Below are positions 8,351 to 16,107 of a stretch of 64,000 nt of DNA, in pieces (position 1 is the first letter of the stretch; every line of letters starts with the position of its first letter). The DNA comes from Mycobacteriales bacterium (GTDB lineage: Bacteria > Actinomycetota > Actinomycetes > JAFAQI01), in contig DASSEX010000028.1 in NCBI GenBank assembly GCA_035695045.1, forward strand, positions 27,504 through 91,503, written 5' to 3'. The notes below the pieces were generated by a model that was given only the letters and a program-made list of their open reading frames with translations, did not search any database and was not told the DNA's origin. A program made the position numbers and the translations under genes.

Positions 8351-10182
8351 GGCGTGAACGGCGCGTTGGGCCACGTGTTGGCGAGCATCGCGGCGCGGGT
8401 GCGGAAGGCGGGCATCTTGTTCGTCGCGAACGGCCGCACCTCGTTCGGCGTCGCCGGGTTGATCAGGTAGCCGTCGCGGATCTTCTGCACGTCGTCGCAG
8501 TGGATCAGCTTGCGCTGCGCATCCGGGTCGACCTTGTAGACCACGGCTGCGTTGCGTCCGAAGATGTGGTTGCGGATCGTCCGCTCAGGGTGCGCCTTGT
8601 GGTCCGTCGGCCAGTCCTTGATGTGCTTGTGCGGAGCGCGATAGTTGTGCGGGCTGAGCGCGTTGACCCGCGGGTCCCACGCGTCGCCGTCCAGACCGAA
8701 GGGCAGGTTGTAGAACTCCTTCGCGCGCTGGGTGAAGTGCAACGAGCGCAGGCCGGTGATGATCGGCTGCGGCGAGCCGAACCACAGGCTGTCCGTGCCC
8801 CACGCGATCCGACGCGGGCCGACGTACGTGATCAGCTTGCCGAGCAGGTGGGTCGCCTGGTCCGGGTCACCGAGCACCGACTTCATGGTCGAGCCGATCT
8901 CGGCGTAGACGTTCGGCACGTTGCCGTGCTCGAGGCCGTGCGGGATGAAGTGGGAGGCGTCCCAGGCGTTCTCGCGCAGGCTCTTGATGAAGCAGTCGAC
9001 GCCGCGGTCGGCGGAGTTGACCTTGTCGTCGCCGGGGTAGGCGGTCTGCGTCTCGCTGTCGAAGCCCGAGTGGTAGACGACGAAGTGGATGTCGGGGTTC
9101 TGCCGCGCGGCCGGGCCGATGTCGCGCGGTGAGGCCGCACGGTGGTCGAAGGCGGGCAGCGCGAAGCCCTTGTGGCAGGCGATGACCGGCGGGCCGCCGA
9201 TCTTCGTCAGCTTGCGCACCTGGTCGATGAACGCCATGCCGATCTCGTCGTCGAGGAACCAGCCGCTCGCGTACGGCACGTCGCCCCACGGGGTGTAGAC
9301 CTTCCAGCCCCGCAGCGCCTTGTGGAAGCTGCGGACGTGCTGCTCCATCAGGTCGAACTCGGCCTGCTGGTAGACCGGCCGCTGGTTCTTCGCATAGGGC
9401 TGGATGCCGTAGGAGCCGCGGTTCGGCATCGCGAACGCGTGCATCACAGCGCGCTGCGTCCCGCCGGCGAGGTGGTTGACGACGTTGACCGTGTCGTAGG
9501 CCTCGGGCGTCGGCAGCGGCTGTTGCGACTCTTCGGAGGGGACGCACGACAGCACGGTCATGTTGGTCGACGAGTCGAGGTAGAGCGTCTTGAGGTAGTG
9601 GTAGCGCGACAGGTTCTCGATCGGGTCGATCTCGCCGCCTTGCCCGAAGCCGTAGATGTGGCCGTCGGACCCGACGTGCGGCTCGCCGCCCAGCGGGCCG
9701 GACTGCGTCCACAGCGCCATGAAGGCCGCATGCACGCCTGGGTTGTTGATCCGCCAGGCGGCCGTGCTCGACGAGTCGACGTGGTGCGTCTGGACGTCGA
9801 AGATGAACTCGCCGGGCAGGTTGTTGAGCTGCGCCTCCGGATACTCCAGAGCGCACGCGTCATCACCGATGGGTCCGCCGCCGGCCGCCTCGCCGATGCC
9901 GGCGCCGGGCAGGTAGCGCCCCCACTTGCCTGGCATGACCTGGTTGATCGCCCAGAAGCCGACACCGATGGCGCTCGCGCTGCGCACGAACGTCCGGCGG
10001 GAGAGTCCCATCTTGTGCCGGACCTCTTCGGCGCGTTCGTCCTGCAGCCGCATCACCTGCAACTGCTGCTGAGTCGGCGGCGGCGGGATGAACTCGCCGT
10101 TCGACGCCGGGAGGACGTCGACCGGCATCCGCTCCGACAGCGTCGACCACCGGTCGAGGTGCCGACGTACCCAATCCGTCAT
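8347..10182 (-). CDS. Tat-exported amidohydrolase-family (TIM-barrel metal hydrolase-like) protein
   Basis: 611 aa. ATG at 10182 lies 7 nt after AGAGGAGA. Twin-arginine motif SRRTFVRSASAIGVGFWA at residues 61-78. Segments FDVQTHHVD, IACHKGF, VVYHSGF and IAWGTDSLW resemble amidohydrolase_2-type metal ligand positions. Confidence 0.6.
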   Translation of the reverse strand: MTDWVRRHLDRWSTLSERMPVDVLPASNGEFIPPPPTQQQLQVMRLQDERAEEVRHKMGLSRRTFVRSASAIGVGFWAINQVMPGKWGRYLPGAGIGEAAGGGPIGDDACALEYPEAQLNNLPGEFIFDVQTHHVDSSSTAAWRINNPGVHAAFMALWTQSGPLGGEPHVGSDGHIYGFGQGGEIDPIENLSRYHYLKTLYLDSSTNMTVLSCVPSEESQQPLPTPEAYDTVNVVNHLAGGTQRAVMHAFAMPNRGSYGIQPYAKNQRPVYQQAEFDLMEQHVRSFHKALRGWKVYTPWGDVPYASGWFLDDEIGMAFIDQVRKLTKIGGPPVIACHKGFALPAFDHRAASPRDIGPAARQNPDIHFVVYHSGFDSETQTAYPGDDKVNSADRGVDCFIKSLRENAWDASHFIPHGLEHGNVPNVYAEIGSTMKSVLGDPDQATHLLGKLITYVGPRRIAWGTDSLWFGSPQPIITGLRSLHFTQRAKEFYNLPFGLDGDAWDPRVNALSPHNYRAPHKHIKDWPTDHKAHPERTIRNHIFGRNAAVVYKVDPDAQRKLIHCDDVQKIRDGYLINPATPNEVRPFATNKMPAFRTRAAMLANTWPNAPFTP

Positions 10183-10209
10183 GCCACTGTCTCCTCTGGG
10201 ATCAACAGG

Positions 10210-12225
10210 TCAGCCGACGACCTTGAAGGCGCCACGCATGCCGGGGTGAATCCGGCAGAAGAACGTGTAGACGCCGTCGCGAGTCGGGGTGAACGTCCAG
10301 TAGATGCCGTTCTCCATCCACTGCTGGTCGTAGGGCTCGCTGCCGCCGACCTGCGACTTCGAGGGCTCGAAGAGCATGCCGAAGCCGATCTCCATCGACT
10401 CGAAGTTCATCGCGTCGCCGGCACTGCCGTTGCCACCGTCGGCCACCGGATAGTTGACCGACGTCGGGCCGCTGCAGGGATATCTGCACGCGGTGAACGT
10501 GTGGTAGACCTTCGAGCTCGCGTCGAGGTTCCAGAACCGGACCGGCGTTCCGCGCTGGACCGTCGGGATGCCGGTCGCTCCGATGACACCCTGGTCGGCC
10601 TGGCCGTAGGTGAAGCCGGCGGCATAGATGTCGGTGACCATCTGGCCGGTCTTGTTCGTCAGCGGCGGACAGGTCTGCTTCGTGCACGGCGGCGACGTGT
10701 CCTGGTTCTCCTTCAGCGCGCCGTGTGTGACCTGGCCGTGCAGGCACAGGACCTTGTGCGGGCCGGTCAGGCTGGGGTGGCACACCTTCGGCCGGTAGTT
10801 GAAGACGAACGGGCCCTTCGGCAGCTTCGCCTGCGCGGCAACACCGTCCACGATCTTCACGTGGTCGTTGAAGACGTCGACGCCGGGCGGGCCGTGCGGG
10901 TCCTTCGGCGCGATGTAGCCGACGACGATGCCCATGTTCTCGTACCAGGACGAGATCTGGTTGTCGTAGACCGCGTTGAGCCGGATGATGTCGCCGGCCT
11001 TGACCTTCACCTTCCAGTCGAGCGGCGCTCCTGTGACGGTCATGGAGAAGTCCCACGACGTCGGCGGGCCACCCGCCCGCGATGGGTTGGTGTGGCTCCA
11101 GTTGACGGCGTCGGAGTCGAAGATCGGCTTCTGCACACCGTGGCGCACCAGGCTCACCTCGTCGCGGATGCCGCCCGGGTGCAGATGGCCACCGAGGCCG
11201 ATGATCGTGCCGGCCATGTCCGGCGTGACCTTGTAGTCGGCGCCCGCGATGTCGGTGTGCAGCTTCTGTTCGGAGATGCCCTGCTGCGGTGACTTGTGGC
11301 CGTAGACGTCGAAGTTGGCGCAGTTCTCATCCGGCCAGGTGCACACGTGGTGATGTGTGAGCGGGTCGATGTGGCCGAAGCCGCGCTGCACGTTGAAGAC
11401 CGGGTTGGCGCCGGTGCTCGGCGCACCCTTGTAGATCGCCTGGCGCTGCACGTCGAGCCACAGGGGCTTGGCCTCGACGATGCCCTGCTTCTCGGCGGAT
11501 GCCTGCGGCACGAAGTCGATGTCGTAGGTCAGCCACACCGTGTCCGGGTTGGCCTCGGCGTCGTGAACCATGTAGAGCAGGCCCCACGCGTCGTTCTGAC
11601 CGACGTGCATGCCGTAGCCGGTCGGGAAGTCGGCGATCGTCTTCTCCTCGCCCGCGGCGAAGAACGGGCCGGACCCGTAGGACTGGCCGAGGTTGAGCCA
11701 TGTCGCGTGGTGGAGGTGGAGCTGCTCCACCGGCGGGACCGACCCGTCGCTCGCGCGCACGAGACCCGGCAGGAAGCGGACGATGAAGCCGTCGTACCGC
11801 GGCTGCTCGATCGTCGTCGGCCGCAGCATCGCGTCGTTCATGCCCGGCCGCACGTTGATCGGCCCGAACGCGAAGTGGATCCGCTTGCAGTCCTTGTAAC
11901 GATGCGCGTTGACGTAGCTGCCCTCGTAGGGGTTCGTCGGCGTGCATGCGTCGCCCGGCACCTGCTGGATGAACGCCGGGTCCGGGTGCGGTGGCGGTGC
12001 GGTCGGTGCGTTGTAGATCTGGTGGTCCGGCCCGATGATCACCGTGTGCGCTGGACCGGTCGTCGGCAGGAACGTGCCCCCCGTGGCGACGGGCTGGAAG
12101 TACTGACGCACACCGGGTGAAGCCGTCGCGGCTCCGACGACTCCCGTGCCGGCGACCACCATGAGGGCGCAGCCCCACATGAGCGCGCGGTGAGCGGTGC
12201 GGGCAGGCTGCGGCCACATCGACAT
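10210..12225 (-). CDS. secreted protein with PHM/DBH-like copper monooxygenase pattern, Cys-rich linker and C-terminal cupredoxin domain
   Basis: 671 aa. ATG at 12225 follows GGAGGA. Signal peptide present. Ordered ligand-like pattern LHLHHATW (H172/H173), LLYMVHD (H221), GGHLHPGG (H347/H349) and WYENMGIVVGY (M431). C-terminal VYHTFT ... YTFFCRIHPGMRGAFKV gives type-1 Cu ligands. Confidence 0.65.
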   Translation of the reverse strand: MSMWPQPARTAHRALMWGCALMVVAGTGVVGAATASPGVRQYFQPVATGGTFLPTTGPAHTVIIGPDHQIYNAPTAPPPHPDPAFIQQVPGDACTPTNPYEGSYVNAHRYKDCKRIHFAFGPINVRPGMNDAMLRPTTIEQPRYDGFIVRFLPGLVRASDGSVPPVEQLHLHHATWLNLGQSYGSGPFFAAGEEKTIADFPTGYGMHVGQNDAWGLLYMVHDAEANPDTVWLTYDIDFVPQASAEKQGIVEAKPLWLDVQRQAIYKGAPSTGANPVFNVQRGFGHIDPLTHHHVCTWPDENCANFDVYGHKSPQQGISEQKLHTDIAGADYKVTPDMAGTIIGLGGHLHPGGIRDEVSLVRHGVQKPIFDSDAVNWSHTNPSRAGGPPTSWDFSMTVTGAPLDWKVKVKAGDIIRLNAVYDNQISSWYENMGIVVGYIAPKDPHGPPGVDVFNDHVKIVDGVAAQAKLPKGPFVFNYRPKVCHPSLTGPHKVLCLHGQVTHGALKENQDTSPPCTKQTCPPLTNKTGQMVTDIYAAGFTYGQADQGVIGATGIPTVQRGTPVRFWNLDASSKVYHTFTACRYPCSGPTSVNYPVADGGNGSAGDAMNFESMEIGFGMLFEPSKSQVGGSEPYDQQWMENGIYWTFTPTRDGVYTFFCRIHPGMRGAFKVVG

Positions 12226-12316
12226 GCGGAGGTCCTCCGTCGGAACGGGACAGGGCTACGCAGGCGTCGTCTGGGGTCCGGCCTGTGGTGGAGGTTCGAT
12301 AGAAGCGGTAGCGATT

Positions 12317-12333
12317 CCTTCCGGCAAGGAAGG
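12317..12333 (-). terminator. small hairpin in the AT-richer copC / monooxygenase spacer
   Basis: ccttcc-ggcaa-ggaagg (6-bp stem) lies about 50 nt after the copC stop, in the only clearly lower-GC stretch of the cluster (12226-12382). It could be a terminator or an operator. Confidence 0.3.
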
Positions 12334-12382
12334 TTCGTCCGTAATTTCGGCAGAAACTCGTCGGAAAAGTTTGTGACGTCGT

Positions 12383-12994
12383 TCAGTGACGCATCAGAAC
12401 GTGCGCACGTGCTGACCCTGTGTCGACAGGCTCGGCGCGGTAGGGGTCGGTGGCGAGGGCGCGGACCGCGCCCAGACCTCGTACGGCGACCAGCGCAGCG
12501 CCGAGTACGGCGACGCCCGCCATCACTGCCGCGACGATGACCGGCCAGGTGGGCTGAGCCGGCGCGGGCAGGGCGGAAGCGAATCCGGTCAGAGCGGCCC
12601 CTGTAGATCCAGGGGCGCCGACGGCGAAGCCGAAGACGCCGCTCTCGACGTGCCCGTCGTCGGAGAGGATCCGCCAGCCGACGAAGTAGCGCCCGGCCGG
12701 GAGTCGCCCCGGCACGGACGCCTCGAGCGTCTTGCCGCCGACGACGCGCGGAGCACCGATGGGTTCCGGCGCACCCGTCGCGCCACTCACGACGAGGGAC
12801 CGCGGCACGAGCCGCACCGGGTCGTCGAACACGACGCTGACGACACTGATCCGGCCGCCGATCGTCGCGCCGTTCGCCGGCGTCGTACGGATGACACGCG
12901 CATGAGCCTGTGCCGGTCCGGCGGTGAGGACCACGGAGAAGAGCGCTCCACCTACGGCGAGAGCCGAGCGCGCGATGCGACCCACACGTGTCAT
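12383..12994 (-). CDS. copC: CopC-domain copper-binding protein with C-terminal membrane anchor
   Basis: Start ATG at 12994 overlaps the copD stop (ATGA). Signal peptide ends AQA, then HARVIRTTPANGATIG gives the N-terminal His of mature CopC. GRYFVGWRILSDDGHVESG is the typical CopC beta-sandwich end. A C-terminal TM helix follows. Confidence 0.85.
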   Translation of the reverse strand: MTRVGRIARSALAVGGALFSVVLTAGPAQAHARVIRTTPANGATIGGRISVVSVVFDDPVRLVPRSLVVSGATGAPEPIGAPRVVGGKTLEASVPGRLPAGRYFVGWRILSDDGHVESGVFGFAVGAPGSTGAALTGFASALPAPAQPTWPVIVAAVMAGVAVLGAALVAVRGLGAVRALATDPYRAEPVDTGSARAHVLMRH

Positions 12995-13971
12995 GCCGCA
13001 ACCGGGTTCTGTCGCAAGAGGACCTCCGTGACGACCAGGACAGCGATCAGCCCGATCTGCTCGATGGCGACGTTCATCCTCAACGCAGCAAGTGCTGAAA
13101 CGTCGCCGGCGGCCGCAGGGCGGACATGCCGAAAGTGATTGGTCGCGGACACCACGAGCATCGCTGCGACGAGACCGACCTTGATGATGAGCACCTGGCC
13201 GTACGCCGTCGACACCAACGCGTGCCAGGAGGAGACGTAGAGCGCGGCGAGCCCGACACCGCCGGCGAGCAGCATGACGATGACGCCGGTCATCAGCCCG
13301 GCGAACGTCACGAGCACGTGGGTGCGACGAGCCGGATCGACCGTGTGTCGATGCAGGGTCACACCCAGACCGGCGAGCCCGCCCACCCACGCGCACGCCG
13401 CAACGACGTGCGCGAACAGGCAGACCAGCACGACGAGTGTCGGACCGTGACTGCGTGCGTGGCCGGCCAGGAGGAAGCTGCCACTGACCAGAGCCCCGCC
13501 GCCGAACATCAACAGTCGCCGCGACGTCGGCGTGAGTCGCACGACGGAGAACGCTGCGGCCACCAGACAGAGGCCGGCGCATCGAGCCAGCGCGGTCTCG
13601 TATGCCGCGCCGCGCAGGACGGCGTCTCGCGCCAAGCCGCTGCCCAGGCCGCGCAGGCCCTCTCCTGCCACGTCCATGACGGAGAATGCGACGGTCAGCA
13701 ACGTTGCGGCGAAGCCGGCGATCGTGGCCTGCCGGACGGCGGCTCCCCACCACACCTGGCCGTCGGTCGGATCGCCGAGCAGCGCGGTGAAGAACGCCAG
13801 TCCGGCGGCAGCCACCGCGCAGACGAGAGCCACCCCCTCGACGGCGTACAGGCCGAAGGGCGGAACCGCCAGAGACGCGGCCAGCAACGACGTGGCGAGC
13901 AGCAGCCCGACATTGCGCAGCGCCGCCGGAGGCAACCGCAGCGCCGGCGCCTCGACGGGTAGCTCGGCCAT
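12991..13971 (-). CDS. copD: CopD-family copper transport membrane protein
   Basis: 326 aa, about 8 TM helices. His-containing helices (LAGHARSHGP, LFAHVVAACAW) are translationally coupled to copC, the classic copCD arrangement. Confidence 0.8.
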   Translation of the reverse strand: MAELPVEAPALRLPPAALRNVGLLLATSLLAASLAVPPFGLYAVEGVALVCAVAAAGLAFFTALLGDPTDGQVWWGAAVRQATIAGFAATLLTVAFSVMDVAGEGLRGLGSGLARDAVLRGAAYETALARCAGLCLVAAAFSVVRLTPTSRRLLMFGGGALVSGSFLLAGHARSHGPTLVVLVCLFAHVVAACAWVGGLAGLGVTLHRHTVDPARRTHVLVTFAGLMTGVIVMLLAGGVGLAALYVSSWHALVSTAYGQVLIIKVGLVAAMLVVSATNHFRHVRPAAAGDVSALAALRMNVAIEQIGLIAVLVVTEVLLRQNPVAA

Positions 13972-14033
13972 CGTCCGGATGATGCGCCTTTCGCCCGATT
14001 CCGGGCAAGGCAGGTACGTCGACTGCGCCGAGC

Positions 14034-14723
14034 ATGCGGGTGGGTACGTTGCCGCACGTGAGCGCTGCAGACTTCGTGCCGGAGGGCGTGGGACTGGACG
14101 GCTTGCGGGCGGCCGCGGAGAGCTGTCGGGGCTGCGACCTCTACCGCAACGCGACGCAGACGGTGTTCAGCAAGGGGCCGGTCTCCGCGCGCCTGGTTCT
14201 CGTCGGCGAGCAGCCCGGGGATGTGGAGGACCGGCGCGGCGAGCCGTTCGTCGGCCCGGCCGGCAAGCTGCTCGACCGGGCCATCGCCGATGCGGGCCTC
14301 GACCCGGCGCAGACCTACACGACGAACGCCGTCAAGCACTTCAAGTTCACCGAGGCACCCTCGGGCAAGCGCCGGATCCACGCCACACCGGACAGTGCGG
14401 AGATCGGCGCCTGCCGGCCCTGGCTCGTCGCCGAGTTCGCTGTGCTCGACCCGGAGGTGGTCGTGGCGCTGGGCGCGACCGCCGCGAAGGCGCTGTTCGG
14501 TCCGTCGTTCCGCGTCACCAAGTCCCGAGGCGTGCTGCTGCCCTGGCCCGACTCGGCCGCGGAGCCCGCCGACTTCACCCGAGACGACGAGGCCGCCCAC
14601 GGATCGGCGTTTGCCGTCGCCACGATCCATCCGTCGGCGGTCCTCCGGGCGCACAACCGCGACGAGGCGTATGCGGGCCTCGTCTCCGACCTTGGGGTCG
14701 CCGCTCGGGCGCTGGCCGGCTGA
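14034..14723 (+). CDS. udgX: UdgX-type family-4-like uracil-DNA glycosylase (Fe-S, covalent uracil-DNA crosslinking type)
   Basis: 229 aa. Has the CRGCDLY Fe-S cysteines, motif A GEQPGDVED, NAVKHFKFT, the UdgX-specific loop GKRRIHATP (His116) and motif B HPSAVLR. It is collinear with what I recall of M. smegmatis UdgX. Confidence 0.85.
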   Translation: MRVGTLPHVSAADFVPEGVGLDGLRAAAESCRGCDLYRNATQTVFSKGPVSARLVLVGEQPGDVEDRRGEPFVGPAGKLLDRAIADAGLDPAQTYTTNAVKHFKFTEAPSGKRRIHATPDSAEIGACRPWLVAEFAVLDPEVVVALGATAAKALFGPSFRVTKSRGVLLPWPDSAAEPADFTRDDEAAHGSAFAVATIHPSAVLRAHNRDEAYAGLVSDLGVAARALAG

Positions 14724-14873
14724 GGTCCTTCCCTCGGCCGTGGCACCATGGTCAAACCGGCAGGATTCAGGCGGAAGTCGGCGAACCCGTTCTTGATCAC
14801 TGCCGGTCGACCGTCACCCGGGCGTGGTCGGCTCGTTGGACCAATCGGGGGACCGACCGAGAGGAGCGAGGAC

Positions 14874-16106
14874 GTGCACGTGCGGCTCGCCTCGCTCGCT
14901 CCACGCCTGAAGGCGATCGCGCCGATCGCGATCACCACGGCCGCGGTCATGACGGCGGCGACCGGCGCCAGCGCGGTCACCGTCCGGCTTCACCCGCCGA
15001 CGCCCGCGGCCAAGGTGGCGGCCGCTCCGGCGAAGCCCGGCCAGGCCACCCTCTCTCTTCCCGCGCCTCCTGCTCCGGCCGCTGACCCGCCTTCGGCCGA
15101 GACCAGTGCCTCGCGGAGCACCGCCGGTCGCTCGGACGTGGTGCTGCGGCCCAAGCGGCTCATCGAGGCGAGCCTCCTGGTCACCAGTCCCATCCCGCTG
15201 ACCGCCCGCCAGCTGTCGCTCGTGCGCGCCACATCCGGCGTTCACCAGGTGCAGACGGTCACGACCGGACGCGCGCTCGTCGACGGTCACCACGCCAGCC
15301 TGCTCGGCGTCGACCCGTCACGTTTCCGCCCCTGGACGCCGAAGCTGACCGCGGCGTCGCAGCCGCTGTGGCAGAGCATCGCCCGCGGCGAGCTGACCGC
15401 GTCGTTCGACATGGGCCACCAGGCCAACCTGCCGCTGGGCAACACGGTGCCGTTGCGGGCCAACCACCGCGCCGTGCCGGTCCGGATCGGCGCGTTCGCC
15501 TCGGTCGGGATGGCGGGAGTCGACGCGGTCGTGTCGCGCAGCGTGGCTGCGTCGCTCGGTCTGCGCGACCGCACCGGTGTCGTCCTCAGCGCACCTCATG
15601 CCGACCCGTTGCAGCTGCGTCGCACGCTGCTCTCCGAGCTCGGCCCGCACGTGCACGCGGTGCTGCTGCGGCAGGTCATCGTCATCCGCGACTCGGGCGA
15701 GTTCCTTACCCGCGCCCAGATCAACACCGTGCTGCAGACCGCTGCGCATCAGGTCGGCAAGCCCTACGTCTGGGGCGCCGAGGGCCCCAACTCCTTCGAC
15801 TGTTCCGGTCTCGTGCAGTGGTCGTTCGCCGCAGCCGGCATCCGGATGCCGCGGGTGTCGCAGCAACAGTGGTTCGCCGGGCCGCACGTCGACTACTCAC
15901 ATGCGCTGCCGGGTGACCTGCTCTTCTGGCACTACGACCCGACCGACCCGACGGACATCGACCACGTCGCGATCTACGCGGGCAACGGCATGATGCTCGT
16001 CGCGCCGCACACAGGTGACTTCGTCAAGTACGTGCCGGTGCCGCTCACCAACCTCGCCGGTGTCGTCCGGGTCGACCCCGCCATGGCCGCCCAGATCGCC
16101 TGGTGA
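14874..16106 (+). CDS. NlpC/P60 family peptidoglycan endopeptidase (secreted)
   Basis: C-terminal KPYVWGAEGPNSFDCSGLVQWSFAAAGIRMPRVSQQQW...DIDHVAIYAGNGMMLVAPHTGD contains the catalytic Cys/His pattern. I prefer GTG at 14874 (after GAGAGGAGCGAGGAC), which gives the signal-like VHVRLASLAPRLKAIAPIAITTAAVMTAATGASA. The track start at 14748 remains possible. Confidence 0.8.
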   Translation: MHVRLASLAPRLKAIAPIAITTAAVMTAATGASAVTVRLHPPTPAAKVAAAPAKPGQATLSLPAPPAPAADPPSAETSASRSTAGRSDVVLRPKRLIEASLLVTSPIPLTARQLSLVRATSGVHQVQTVTTGRALVDGHHASLLGVDPSRFRPWTPKLTAASQPLWQSIARGELTASFDMGHQANLPLGNTVPLRANHRAVPVRIGAFASVGMAGVDAVVSRSVAASLGLRDRTGVVLSAPHADPLQLRRTLLSELGPHVHAVLLRQVIVIRDSGEFLTRAQINTVLQTAAHQVGKPYVWGAEGPNSFDCSGLVQWSFAAAGIRMPRVSQQQWFAGPHVDYSHALPGDLLFWHYDPTDPTDIDHVAIYAGNGMMLVAPHTGDFVKYVPVPLTNLAGVVRVDPAMAAQIAW

Positions 16107-16107
16107 G

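Noticed and set aside
9142-11292. 716-aa ORF on the plus strand
   Set aside because: It is antisense to the amidohydrolase and monooxygenase-like genes. The product is a low-complexity Arg/Val/Asp/Leu-rich sequence. The minus-strand frames have signal peptides, RBSs and domain motifs.
12383-14035. Single 550-aa ORF spanning copC and copD
   Set aside because: Only the last 203 codons (CopC, from ATG at 12994) make sense. The upstream part is out of frame relative to CopD, which is encoded by the separate ORF 12991-13971 with an ATGA overlap.
14724-14873. Possible c-di-AMP (ydaO-type) riboswitch in the 150-nt leader of the NlpC/P60 gene
   Set aside because: Such riboswitches often precede actinobacterial cell-wall hydrolase genes, and the leader contains AUCGGGGGACCGA. 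However, I could not find the paired pseudo-symmetric halves or the conserved CCGAAUCC / ACAGCUAAC-type segments. An Infernal scan with RF00379 would settle it.
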